Below are positions 1 to 12,140 of a DNA stretch of 41,071 nt, one piece after another (position 1 is the first letter of the stretch; each line of letters opens with the position of its first letter). Under the pieces are notes generated by a model that searched no databases, had not been told where the DNA came from, and saw only the letters and a program-made list of their open reading frames with translations. The translations under genes and the position numbers were made by a program. Origin of the DNA: Deltaproteobacteria bacterium (GTDB lineage: Bacteria; Myxococcota_A; UBA796; UBA2385); the NCBI GenBank assembly GCA_947462115.1, contig CANHON010000001.1:1-41071 (forward strand), written 5' to 3'.

Positions 1-962
1 CCGTCGTAGACCTCCGGCACCTCGACGTTGATGTCCTGGACGTGCGACCCGTGGAGCGCGGTGAGCCAGCTGTCCCAGTCGATCTCCGGCGCCAGCTCCT
101 TAAGGCCCTTGCGGTCGAGCTTGTTGTAGGTCTTGGTGGGGTCCCGCAGCTCGGCGCGCGGCTTGTGGATGCGGGCGAGCATCATCTCGACGTTCAGGGC
201 CTTTTTGGCCTCTGCTTCGCCGCCGATCTTGGCGAGCTCGAGCATCTTTTGGATGTGCTTGGGGTAGGCCGCGAGCAGCGCCTTGCCCTTCTCGTCCTCA
301 TCCTTGGGGAAGTAGTAGTCCCGGTCGGGCAGGCCGAGGCCGGTCTGCGTGAGGTGCAGCACCTGCAGGCCCGGATCGTGGAAGTCGCCGTCCACGCTGC
401 CGCCCCAGAACACGTCGATGCCGTGCCGCTGCAGCTCACCGATGACCTTGACCAGCTCCAGCGTATTCTTGGCCTTGTCTACCTGGGCGAACAGGGGCTC
501 CAGCGCGCTGAGGCCGGCCTTGTCGATGGCTGCCTCGTCCATGCAGGCGCCGTAGGCCTTGCCGACCCGGGCCCAGTCGGCGTCACCGCTGGTCGGGTCC
601 TTGGCGGCGCGCTCCATCAGGCCCTTGATGAAGTTGTCGTTCTCGTCGGTGATCGTCGAGAAGCTGCGCGTCCACCGGCTTTTGTCGGCGGGCAGCTTGG
701 TGCGCGTCACCCAGCCGCCGCAGGCGTACTGGTAGAAGTCTTCGCAGGGGTTGGCCGACTTGTCCATGTCCTGCAGCACGGCCGTGGCGTAGGCAGGCAG
801 CTCGATCTTGGCCGGCTCGACCGCGGGCGGCGGAGGGGGCGTGTTTTTCGCGCAGCCCGCGAGGGCGAGGCCCGCGACGGCGCTGAGCAGGAGGGCGGCG
901 CGGAGGCCAAAGGCGCCGCTGGAGGGCGACGCGACGACGGGCAGGGAGGTGGGCGTTTGCAT
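1..962 (-). CDS. M13-family zinc metallopeptidase (PepO/neprilysin/ECE-like) lipoprotein, N-terminal ~320 aa; 3' end lies beyond the window
   Basis: This partial ORF is absent from the supplied track because it has no stop inside the window. The reverse-strand reading starts at ATG (complement of 960-962). It begins MQTPTSLPVVASPSSGAFGLRAALLLSAVAGLALAGC, a signal peptide plus lipobox LAGC. It continues ...DMDKSANPCEDFYQYACGGWVTRTKLP..., the conserved N-terminal CxDFYxYxCGxW block of M13 peptidases. The frame is GC3-rich. Confidence 0.8.
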   Translation of the reverse strand, partial: MQTPTSLPVVASPSSGAFGLRAALLLSAVAGLALAGCAKNTPPPPPAVEPAKIELPAYATAVLQDMDKSANPCEDFYQYACGGWVTRTKLPADKSRWTRSFSTITDENDNFIKGLMERAAKDPTSGDADWARVGKAYGACMDEAAIDKAGLSALEPLFAQVDKAKNTLELVKVIGELQRHGIDVFWGGSVDGDFHDPGLQVLHLTQTGLGLPDRDYYFPKDEDEKGKALLAAYPKHIQKMLELAKIGGEAEAKKALNVEMMLARIHKPRAELRDPTKTYNKLDRKGLKELAPEIDWDSWLTALHGSHVQDINVEVPEVYD

Positions 963-1024
963 GCGCCCGAAGTAGCCCGCGGGGGCGCCCTTTGGCAAGA
1001 CCAACACCCGCTGCCCGCACCGCT

Positions 1025-2065
1025 TCAGCGCCCGGGCGCCCGGAGCAGCGTCGCCGTCATGCAGCCCATCGCGCCCGCCGCGGCCAAGCAGGCCCCCATC
1101 GGCCGGCTCAGCACCCGGATGCCCTCGGCGCGCAGCAGGGCCTCGGTCTCGGGGTTGCCGGCGGGGATCACGAGCTCGCGGGGGCGCAGCACCACCCCAT
1201 TGTTGGACCGGCCCTGGCGCAGCTCGGCGCTGGGCTGCAGCTCGATGAGGCGCAGGCCCCGGTGCTTGAGCAGGGCCCGCAGGCTCGGCGGGCATCGCTC
1301 CGCGTCGATCACCGCGAGATCAGCGTCGAGCAGCAGACACACACCGAGGAGGTGCTGCACGCCGGCCGGCAGGGGGAAGCCGAGCACCTCCACCCCGCGC
1401 GCCCAGAGCAGCGCGGCCAGCTGCGCGCAGCCCTCGGCGTTGGTGCGGCGGCCGACCCCGACGAGCAGGGTGTTCCGGTCGAGCCAGAGCGCGTCCGCCC
1501 CTTCGAAGGTGGCGCCGCCGCGGGGCAAGGCGAGGCAGGGCACGCCCCGGGCCGCCAGCGCCGCCTGCATGAACACCGGCTCCCCCGCGCGCACCGGGGC
1601 CGTTGGGCGCCCGAGCACCACGCCCTCGGGGGTGCTCAGGCCGAGATCGCGGAGGACCAGGAAGTTCGGCGGGGCGACCCCGAGGCCCGGGAGCGCGGGC
1701 TCCGCCATCCACACCTCGACGCCCTCCTCGGCGTAGAGCTCGGCCAGCGCGCTGATCTCGCCCCGCATCGCCGCGCGATCGGGCCGGGCCAGCATGTGGG
1801 CGGCCTCGGGATCATCCACCGCGTCGAGGGAGGGGCTGGGCCAGCTCAGCATGCAGCGCAGCAGAGGCCCGTGCTCGTCCACCTGCCCCACCTTGGTCCA
1901 CCAAACGCCCTCCCTGACGTCATCCTCGTGGGGAGCCGCACGGCGCGTGAAGCCAGCGCCGCCGTAGGTGGCCGGCACCGCCTCGCCAGCGCCCGGGGCG
2001 CAGCCTGCGCTGGCCGCTGCGGCCGCGGGCTGGTTGGCGGAGCTCGGCGGGTGATCGGTGCACAT
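1025..2065 (-). CDS. amidinotransferase / DDAH / arginine-deiminase-fold (guanidino-group modifying) enzyme
   Basis: 346 aa from ATG 2065; the track ORF 1025..2089 begins at an upstream GTG. Three blocks are typical of this fold: FEGADALWLDRNTLLVGVGRRTNAEG, VQHLLGVCLLLD, and a C-terminal nucleophile context AAGAMGCMTATLL. The ATG lies 1 nt after the stop of the upstream gene (TGAgATG). Confidence 0.65.
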   Translation of the reverse strand: MCTDHPPSSANQPAAAAASAGCAPGAGEAVPATYGGAGFTRRAAPHEDDVREGVWWTKVGQVDEHGPLLRCMLSWPSPSLDAVDDPEAAHMLARPDRAAMRGEISALAELYAEEGVEVWMAEPALPGLGVAPPNFLVLRDLGLSTPEGVVLGRPTAPVRAGEPVFMQAALAARGVPCLALPRGGATFEGADALWLDRNTLLVGVGRRTNAEGCAQLAALLWARGVEVLGFPLPAGVQHLLGVCLLLDADLAVIDAERCPPSLRALLKHRGLRLIELQPSAELRQGRSNNGVVLRPRELVIPAGNPETEALLRAEGIRVLSRPMGACLAAAGAMGCMTATLLRAPGR

Positions 2066-2066
2066 C

Positions 2067-3395
2067 TCAGCTCCAGGCTTCAGGGTCACCGACCCCCAAG
2101 CGCTGCGCGAGGGCGCGCAGCTCCGGGCGCCGGAGCGGGGCCTCGAGGGCCTCCGCGCGATCGAACCAGCGTCGGGCCCGCGGGCTGGCCGTGGCCATCA
2201 CGGTCGGCAGCGGCGCCGCGGCCGCCTCCGCCAGCGGCCCCCCCGGCGGCAGGCCCAAAAAAGCCTCCAGCGCGCCGATCGCGCCCGACCGAACCTCCGG
2301 GGCTCCCATCAGATCTTCGAAGCGCAGCTGCAGCCGCGGGGTGTCGGGGTGGGCGTCCAGCCAGTCGAGGGTGGCGCTGTGGGCGGCCATCCACTGCGCG
2401 GCCGCCACGTCCACGAGCGCCGCCCCGCGGTGCGCGGCCCAGCCGGGGAACAGGTCGTACTTCCAGTGGTGGGCGTCCTGCGGCCGGTGGTCGGTGTAGC
2501 CAGCGATCTGCAGCGGGGCGCGGAGCCGGTGGCTGTGGAAGCCCCGAAAGCGCCAGCCATCCACCAAGCCGTTGATCGCCGCAGCAGGGTTGCGGACCAA
2601 GTGCAGGACCTTGAAGCGGGCCGCCGGGAAGCGGCGGCGCAGCCAGTCGAGGCGGTAGCTGTTGGACGGCGTCTTGATGATCAGCGGCCCCGGCACGACG
2701 CCCAGGCTCCACGGCCGCACCGCCACGAAGGGCGGCTCCTCGAGCAGATCGACGCCCGGCGGCCCGAGCGCCGGCCCGAGGCCCGGACAGGCCGCGCGGA
2801 TGGCCTCGGCGGGCAGATCATAGGCCCACGGGTCGAGCCCCGGCCAGCGCTGGCGAAGCCGCAGGAGCAAGCCGAGGTTGACCTCTGTGAGCACGCTCTC
2901 GGCGAGCGGACCCGGGGCGAGGCCGCCGGGCAGGGCCGCCGCGACGGCCGCGCCCCAGGCCTCGCGGGCGGCGTCCGGGGGGATGTCGAGATCCGGCCAC
3001 TGCAGCACGAGGCGCTGGGCCCAGGCCCAGGCCCAGGCGTCGAGGTCCACCGCGCCCGCCCGGCGGCCCACTTCGAGGCCGAGCTCGCGCGCCCAGAGGC
3101 CGGCGTCGTAGCCGATGTTGGCCGGCAGGCTGTCGTCGCCTTGCCCGGACTCAAAAGCCCCCGCCCCGGCCAGCTGAATGAAGGGGTTGAGCTCGGCCCG
3201 GAGGTGGTTGAGCGTCGGCGCCGCGCGGAGCAGCTCGGAGGTGACCGAGGAGCCGCCGCGGCTGCTGGAGGCCAAGATCACCACCTCTTCAATGGTGTTG
3301 AGGTCGACCGGCGCCCCGCGGCCGGGTCCGAGCGCGCTCAACCGGGCCCGGGCGCGGTCCAAGGTGGGCCGCGGGTCGGCGAGCAGGCCGATCAC
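2067..3395 (-). CDS. sulfotransferase-family protein with an unusually long insert between the PAPS-binding blocks
   Basis: The track ORF is 2067..3428. I prefer GTG at 3395 because it has AGGA 8 nt upstream and a GTGA start/stop overlap with the upstream gene. VVILASSSRGGSSVTSELL is 5'-PSB-like. IIKTPSNSYR and FKVLHLVRNPAAAINGL are 3'-PB-like. The two blocks are ~220 aa apart, versus ~130 aa in the neighbouring sulfotransferase. Confidence 0.6.
   Translation of the reverse strand: MIGLLADPRPTLDRARARLSALGPGRGAPVDLNTIEEVVILASSSRGGSSVTSELLRAAPTLNHLRAELNPFIQLAGAGAFESGQGDDSLPANIGYDAGLWARELGLEVGRRAGAVDLDAWAWAWAQRLVLQWPDLDIPPDAAREAWGAAVAAALPGGLAPGPLAESVLTEVNLGLLLRLRQRWPGLDPWAYDLPAEAIRAACPGLGPALGPPGVDLLEEPPFVAVRPWSLGVVPGPLIIKTPSNSYRLDWLRRRFPAARFKVLHLVRNPAAAINGLVDGWRFRGFHSHRLRAPLQIAGYTDHRPQDAHHWKYDLFPGWAAHRGAALVDVAAAQWMAAHSATLDWLDAHPDTPRLQLRFEDLMGAPEVRSGAIGALEAFLGLPPGGPLAEAAAAPLPTVMATASPRARRWFDRAEALEAPLRRPELRALAQRLGVGDPEAWS
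3020..3037 (-). repeat. perfect hexanucleotide tandem repeat (GCCCAG)x3 within the second sulfotransferase gene (encodes AWAWAWA)
   Basis: gcccaggcccaggcccag is read directly from the sequence. It is in frame on the minus strand. Confidence 0.9.
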
Positions 3396-4420
3396 CCCGG
3401 TTCCTGCAGCGCGCGCTCCAAGCGCCACAGATGGGCCCGCCGCCGCCAGCGCCTCCAGTGGTTCTTGTCCTCTTTCATGGACTTGAGCTCGACCCGAAGC
3501 CGACCGGCGGCCTCGCCGAGGGTGGCCTGGAGCTCATCCAGGGCGCCCAGCGTATAGCCGCAGTCCTCCGCCAGGATGGGGTAGCCGAGGGCCCGCAGCT
3601 CGCCCTCGGCCACGGCCACGATGCGGGCGGCATCCCGCCGCGGCAGACGCAGGCGCCACTTGCCTTGGTTGTCGGCGAGCACGGCTTTGTCGTTGTTTTT
3701 CCACGAGCCAGAGAGCGAGGCGATGGTCGAGGCCTCGGGGGTATCGGCGTGCCGCAGCACCGCGTCGCTCCACGGAAGGCCCAAGAACGCGCACAGGGAG
3801 CGCATGGCCGCCTCCGGCGCACGGGTGAGGTCCTCGTAGCGCAGCCGGTAGACCGCGCCGGGGTGCCGCGCCTCCAGGGACAGGCCCTGCCGCTGCTGTC
3901 GGGCCCACAGGCGCGCCACCAACAGCGGATGTTTGGGGTTGAACACGCTGTCCCGGCTGGAGACGGCGACGTCGCGGGCGTCGCGCACCAGCCAGATGAA
4001 GCGGGCGCCCGGCCGCGCGCGGAGCACCGCGTCCACCTGATCGATCATGAACGTGGACTTGCAGCCCCAGCGGGCCTTTTTGGCGTGCTCACGGGACTGT
4101 TCGTAGAGGGCGAGCGTGAGGCCGAGCAGGTCTGGAGGGCTGGCCTCGGCGATGAGGCGGCCGACGTCCGGCTGGATGGCCCAGGGGTGGATGTGGTGGG
4201 CGACCAGGGCCGCGACCGCCGCGGCGGCCCGCTCCAGCGTGGCGGGCGCGCCAGGGGGGCCAAAACGCCCCTCCAGCGGACCGAGCAGGTGCATGACGTG
4301 CGGCGGATGCGGGATGTGCACATCCGGGTGCGCGTTGAGCATGAGCCGGAGCAGGTTGCTCCCGCTGCGCTCGGTGCCGACGATGAAGAAGGGATCAGGG
4401 GTGGGTTGTGCGCCGTGCAT
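3392..4420 (-). CDS. sulfotransferase (Sulfotransfer_3-type, TPST/RaxST-like PAPS-binding blocks)
   Basis: 342 aa from ATG 4420; the track ORF extends to 4534 through an Arg/Ser-rich non-genic-looking leader. FFIVGTERSGSNLLRLMLNAHPDVHIP resembles the TPST 5'-PSB block (..GG.PRSGTTLMRAMLDAHPD..). ARFIWLVRDARDVAVS is 3'-PB-like. The C-terminal stretch is NQGKWRLRLPRRDAARIVAVAEGELRALGYP. Confidence 0.75.
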   Translation of the reverse strand: MHGAQPTPDPFFIVGTERSGSNLLRLMLNAHPDVHIPHPPHVMHLLGPLEGRFGPPGAPATLERAAAAVAALVAHHIHPWAIQPDVGRLIAEASPPDLLGLTLALYEQSREHAKKARWGCKSTFMIDQVDAVLRARPGARFIWLVRDARDVAVSSRDSVFNPKHPLLVARLWARQQRQGLSLEARHPGAVYRLRYEDLTRAPEAAMRSLCAFLGLPWSDAVLRHADTPEASTIASLSGSWKNNDKAVLADNQGKWRLRLPRRDAARIVAVAEGELRALGYPILAEDCGYTLGALDELQATLGEAAGRLRVELKSMKEDKNHWRRWRRRAHLWRLERALQEPG

Positions 4421-4491
4421 GGCCCATCCTCGCACGCGGCTTGACCCGCGCGGCGATCGACCGGCAGGATGCCGCTGGGAGGCGCCCTTCG

Positions 4492-5349
4492 ATGGCCGAG
4501 CCGCAGACCGACGCCGCGCAGCCCCTCGGTGCACCGGCCCCGCCCGCGTGGATGCGCGCGGTGCTCGACGCGCTCGCCCCGATCGGCCTGCAGCGCTGGG
4601 GCGTGGCCGAGGTGGCGCCGGGCGCCGGTCCGCTGCCTGGCGCCACGCACGCGTTGGTGATCGGCAGCGGCGGCCCCGCGCTGTGGTCCGCCTTCGAGGC
4701 GGCGATCCGAGCCGACCCCGAGGTGCTCCGCGCCGAGGCCCACCCGCTCGACGCCTTCGTCGCCCGGGCCCTGCGCGCCGCCGACCCCGACCCGCCCGCC
4801 AGCCGGCGCTGGGTCCGCTGCGCCGCCAATGAGCCCACCTTCGTGGACTTTCGCCCGCTCGCGGTGGCCGCCGGGCTCGGCTGGCCGGGCCGCCTCGGCC
4901 TGCTCATGGGCCCGGAGGACGGCCCGTGGCTGGGCCTGCGGGCCGCCTGCTTCACGGTCGAGCCCTTGCCGCGCGCGCCGTCCCTCGCGGGGCGCGGACC
5001 CTGCGCGGGCTGCCCGGCCCCCTGCGTGGCCGCCTGCCCGGTCGGCGCGCCCCCGGCCGGCCCGCTCGGGCCCAGCGGCGCCCCCCTCCCCTTCGACATC
5101 GCCGCCTGCGCCGGGCACCGCGCCGCCGGGGGCTGCCGCTCGGCCTGCCTCAGCCGCAACCGCTGCCCAGAAGGAGCCGCTTCACGCTATTCCGATCGCG
5201 AGCAGGCCTACCACGAGGACCGGGTCAGCGGCCGGCCCGCCCTCGCCGCGGCGCTGGGCCTGACCGATGACCGGCACCCAGGCCTCGGCCCGCCGTGGGC
5301 GGACTGGGCGGGGCCCCTCACCACACCGCGTCCACCACGAGGCGGCTGA
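4492..5349 (+). CDS. QueG-like (COG1600-type) iron-sulfur cluster-binding protein, short form
   Basis: 285 aa from ATG 4492 (MAEPQTD...). FVDFRPLAVAAGLGWPGRLGLLMGPEDGPWLGLRAACFTVEPL parallels the QueG block AxxAGiGWxGKnxxlIxPxxGSWxxLG. It is followed by Cys clusters CAGCPAPCVAACPVGA and CAGHRAAGGCRSACLSRNRCP. The gene is divergent from the sulfotransferase operon across a 71-bp gap. Confidence 0.5.
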   Translation: MAEPQTDAAQPLGAPAPPAWMRAVLDALAPIGLQRWGVAEVAPGAGPLPGATHALVIGSGGPALWSAFEAAIRADPEVLRAEAHPLDAFVARALRAADPDPPASRRWVRCAANEPTFVDFRPLAVAAGLGWPGRLGLLMGPEDGPWLGLRAACFTVEPLPRAPSLAGRGPCAGCPAPCVAACPVGAPPAGPLGPSGAPLPFDIAACAGHRAAGGCRSACLSRNRCPEGAASRYSDREQAYHEDRVSGRPALAAALGLTDDRHPGLGPPWADWAGPLTTPRPPRGG

Positions 5350-5806
5350 GCCCGCGCGGGGTCGTGAGCTCGCCTTCATCGCCCGCCATCAAGCCCACGA
5401 TGGCCTGACCCAAGGGCGAGCGCTCCGACACGACCTCCACGCGCCGCCCCTCGACCTCCACGGTGAGGCCGCCGGCCCGCCCCAGCAGCACCAGCCGCGG
5501 CTGGCCCACAAGGCGCAGCGCCACAAAGCAGCCCTGGGCCGCCGCGCCGTCGCCCGGGGCCGCCTCCCCGAGCTGGCCGGCCCAGAGCTGGAGCTCCTTG
5601 AGCTCGGCGAGGCGCTGGCCTTGGCCGGCGGCGAGGTAGCTCGCCTCCAGGGCCCGGGTGTCGTACTGGTTCTCCGGGCGGGACTCGCTGGCCGTCGCCT
5701 CGTCGCGGGCGGCGGCGGTCATGGCCGCCACCCCAGCGAGCTGATCGTCGATCTGCGCGCGAATGTGATCGATGAGCGTGCGGCGATCCAGCGCGGTGTC
5801 AGGCAA
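5318..5806 (-). CDS. GreA/GreB-family (Rnk-like) transcription factor
   Basis: 162 aa with an apparent TTG start, so the start is uncertain. The C-terminal block VSERSPLGQAIVGLMAGDEGEL matches the GreA C-terminal domain signature (S..SPLG.AL.G...GD). The N-terminal half looks like a coiled coil. The 3' end overlaps the convergent Fe-S gene by 32 nt. Confidence 0.6.
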   Translation of the reverse strand: MPDTALDRRTLIDHIRAQIDDQLAGVAAMTAAARDEATASESRPENQYDTRALEASYLAAGQGQRLAELKELQLWAGQLGEAAPGDGAAAQGCFVALRLVGQPRLVLLGRAGGLTVEVEGRRVEVVSERSPLGQAIVGLMAGDEGELTTPRGLSRLVVDAVW

Positions 5807-5870
5807 GGGGCCCCCAAGGTCGAGCCCGCCGCCATAGCCACCCGGCGGTCCGCCGTCGCCAGCCGCGGGG

Positions 5871-6380
5871 CTAGAGGTCGTCCTTTCCGGTCAGCGCGAG
5901 CTCCAGGGCGTCGGCGGACTCCACGGCCGCGGTGATGCCGTTGACCAGCTGGTCGGCCGAGGCGTCGCCGGGGATCTTCACGACGAAGACCGCGTTCTTG
6001 CCCTGCTTGACCCAGCCGCCGAGCTTCACCGTGTTGCTGTTGGTGAGGAGCTGGTTCGCGACGATCGCCGGGAAGTCATCGGTGTCGGCGCGGAAGCCCG
6101 GCGACCAGATCTCCCGGACCTTCACCGACCCGTACTCGGCGACCTTGGAGCGCACCCACACCACCTGGGTCCGGCCGCTGTCCAGCCGAAACACACACTT
6201 GAAGTCGCCGTCGCTGTCCACCTCGAACTTGACGCCTTTGGCTTCGAGCTGGGCCTTCACGATGCCGTCCTGGGCCGCCGCCTCGGTGGCCCCGAAGGCG
6301 AACGACAGGCTGAGCGCCGCCGCGAAGGTGAAGAGCAGCGGCGCGGCCAACGACCGCAAACGACGAGCCGACAGGGACAT
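5871..6380 (-). CDS. secreted YbjN-like domain protein
   Basis: 169 aa from ATG 6380, with GGAGG 5 nt upstream. The signal peptide is MSLSARRLRSLAAPLLFTFAAALSLSFAFGATEAAA. The pattern GVKFEVDSDGDFKCVF...VREIWS...ANQLLTNSN...ADALELALTGKD is YbjN-family-like. Confidence 0.55.
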   Translation of the reverse strand: MSLSARRLRSLAAPLLFTFAAALSLSFAFGATEAAAQDGIVKAQLEAKGVKFEVDSDGDFKCVFRLDSGRTQVVWVRSKVAEYGSVKVREIWSPGFRADTDDFPAIVANQLLTNSNTVKLGGWVKQGKNAVFVVKIPGDASADQLVNGITAAVESADALELALTGKDDL

Positions 6381-6515
6381 CCGACCTCCAAGCCAGGGCC
6401 GCAGGCAGCCGAGGGGCGCAGCGCCCGACACCGCTACGGGCTTCTCCGGTTTCGCCCTGACGCTACCCCGGCGGGCGGTCGGTCGGCAATGGCCGGGCCC
6501 CCGGTCGCCGGGGGC

Positions 6516-6545
6516 TATATCTCTCTATGCCGATAATCAGATATA
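6516..6545 (+). promoter_or_regulatory. AT-rich inverted repeat (TATATCT-N16-AGATATA) upstream of the sahR-like gene; candidate operator/promoter core
   Basis: The segment ctatatctctctatgccgataatcagatatactc is the only markedly AT-rich stretch in the 193-bp divergent intergenic region. The 7-bp arms at 6516-6522 and 6539-6545 are perfect reverse complements. The repeat lies 29 nt upstream of ATG 6574. Confidence 0.4.
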
Positions 6546-6573
6546 CTCGCCGGGCCGCCAGCCCGAGGCCCGC

Positions 6574-7568
6574 ATGTCCGCGACGCGCGACCTACCGCCA
6601 CCGAGCGCCTCGGCGTCCACCGAGCTCGCAGTCGCCGAGGACAGCGCCTGTGAGGGTATCTTCGCCGTCACTCGGCTCTGCCAGGCGCTGTCGGACCCCA
6701 CCCGGGTGCGCCTGCTCGCGCTGCTCCGCGCCGCGCCCATGCACGTGGCGGAGCTCACCCAGGTGACGGGCCTGCCGCAGCCGCGGGTGTCTACCCACCT
6801 CCAGCGCCTGCGGGAGGTCGGCTTGGTGAGCGCCCAGCGCCAGGGCAACCTCAGCCTCTACCAGCCCAGCCTCGCCGCCCTCGCCGCCCCGGAGCGGGGC
6901 CTCGTGACGGCCGCCCTCGCCGCCGCGGAGGGCCCCCAGCTCGAGGCCGATCGCACGGTGGCGCAGCTGTTGGTCGCCCAGCGCGCCGGGGGTGAGCCCG
7001 CCGCCCGCCGCTACGTGCCGGGGCGCTCCTGGGAGGCGCTGGGCCGGGGCCTCGCCCAGTGGCTGCAGCTCGGCGATCTCATCGATCTCGGGGCCGGAGA
7101 CGGCGGGGTCGCGGCCCTGCTCGCCGGCCAAGCCCGCTCGGTCATCTGCGTCGAGCGCGATCCCGAGATCATCGCCGCCGCCCACGCCCGCGGCCCCCTG
7201 CCGCCGCAGCTGCGCTACCTGCAGGCCGACCTCTGCGCCGTTCCGCTGCCCGAGGCCTGCGCCGATCACGCGCTCATGCTCGGCGTTCTCCCCATGCTCG
7301 CAGAGCCCGAAGCCGCCCTGCGCGAGGCCCTCCGCTTGCTTCGGCCCGGCGGGCGCCTGCTGCTCTCGACCCTGGCGCGCCACGCGCACCCCGAGGCCGT
7401 GCTGCCGTTCGGTCACCAAAACAATGGCCAGGACGTCGATGAGCTGCGCGCCATGCTGCGCGCGGCCGGTTTTGTTCAGGTCGAGCTCAGCCGCGGCGCC
7501 CGCGAGCACCGCCCCCCACACTTCTTGGTCCTCAACGCCGTGGCGCGCCGCGCGCCCCTGGAGCCCCG

Positions 7569-7572
<4 letters not shown>
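6574..7572 (+). CDS. sahR: ArsR-family wHTH fused to a SAM-methyltransferase-like domain; SahR-type regulator of the methionine/SAM cycle (candidate)
   Basis: 332 aa from ATG 6574; the track ORF 5932..7572 is an antisense-overlapping extension. The ArsR HTH is [51 protein letters not shown]. MTase motif I is [16 protein letters not shown], and the PGGRLLL block is also present. The stop overlaps the metH start (ATGA at 7569-7572). Confidence 0.7.
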
Positions 7573-11294
<3,722 letters not shown>

Positions 11295-11417
11295 GCGCGG
11301 GGGCGCGCCGGGGCCCGGCTGGCTACATGGCGGCCGCACCCCTGCGCGGAGGGGGCAGGGCTGCGGCCCGCCGGTCTCCGCGCCTGCCCTCGCCCGCCAA
11401 CGTCACAGGGAACGGAA

Positions 11418-12140
11418 ATGGGACGAATCTTTGAGACCCGCAAAGCCACGATGTTCGCCCGCTGGGACAAGATGGCGAAGATCTTCACCCGCATCAGCAA
11501 GGACATCGCGATCGCGGTGAAGTCGGGCGGATCCAGCGCCGACAGCAACCCGGCCCTGCGGCGGGCGATCACGAACGCCCGCGCCGCCAACATGCCCAAG
11601 GACAAGGTCGAGAACGCCATCAAGCGCGCCTCGGGCCAAGGCGGCGAGTCCTACCAGGAGATCCTGTACGAGGGCTACGGCCCGCACGGGGTCGCTGTCC
11701 TGGTGGAGACGGCCACCGACAACCCGGTCCGCACCGTGGCCAACGTGCGCATGCATTTTAGCCGCAAGGGCGGAAACCTCGCCAACAGCGGCAGCGTCGC
11801 GTTTCAGTTCAAGCACATGGGCTTGATCCGCCTCGCGGCCGAGGGCCTCGACGCCGACGAGCTGGCCCTCGACCTCATCGACCACGGCCTCGACGAGCTG
11901 ACCGAGGGGGAGAGCGACAAGGGCGACAAGCTCCTGCTGCTCTACTGCGCGTTCAACGACTTCGGCACGCTCACCAAGGCCGTCGAAGAGAAGGGCCTCA
12001 CCCCGGTGTCGTCCGAGGGCGAGTACGTACCCACGCAGACCGCCGAGCTCAGCGAAGACCAAGTCACTGAGGTGCTGGAGCTCATCGACCGGCTCGAGCA
12101 GGACGACGACGTTCAAAAGGTCTACCACAACCTCGCCTGA
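11418..12140 (+). CDS. yebC: YebC/PmpR-family transcriptional regulator
   Basis: 240 aa. Family-typical blocks are present: [53 protein letters not shown] and [19 protein letters not shown]. Confidence 0.9.
   Translation: MGRIFETRKATMFARWDKMAKIFTRISKDIAIAVKSGGSSADSNPALRRAITNARAANMPKDKVENAIKRASGQGGESYQEILYEGYGPHGVAVLVETATDNPVRTVANVRMHFSRKGGNLANSGSVAFQFKHMGLIRLAAEGLDADELALDLIDHGLDELTEGESDKGDKLLLLYCAFNDFGTLTKAVEEKGLTPVSSEGEYVPTQTAELSEDQVTEVLELIDRLEQDDDVQKVYHNLA

Noticed and set aside
5932-6573. Several track ORFs carry long 5' extensions: 5932..7572, 22461..25268, 34051..36099, 31391..32287, 13925..15268, 15603..17960, 19456..20592 and 20507..21568.
   Set aside because: The extensions overlap well-supported genes on the other strand or lie in intergenic DNA. 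They translate to Arg/Pro-rich filler, and they precede internal start codons that have good Shine-Dalgarno sequences and family-typical N-termini.
6381-6573. Possible SAH, SAM or cobalamin riboswitch upstream of sahR-metH. The segment gccgaggggcgcagcgccc superficially resembles the start of the SAH-riboswitch core.
   Set aside because: I could not find the complementary closing helix (..AGGCUCGG..) or the AACGGCGCUC pseudoknot strand, and no B12-box is visible. The similarity amounts to a generic GC hairpin. A covariance-model scan (Rfam RF01057, RF00174, RF00162) would settle it.
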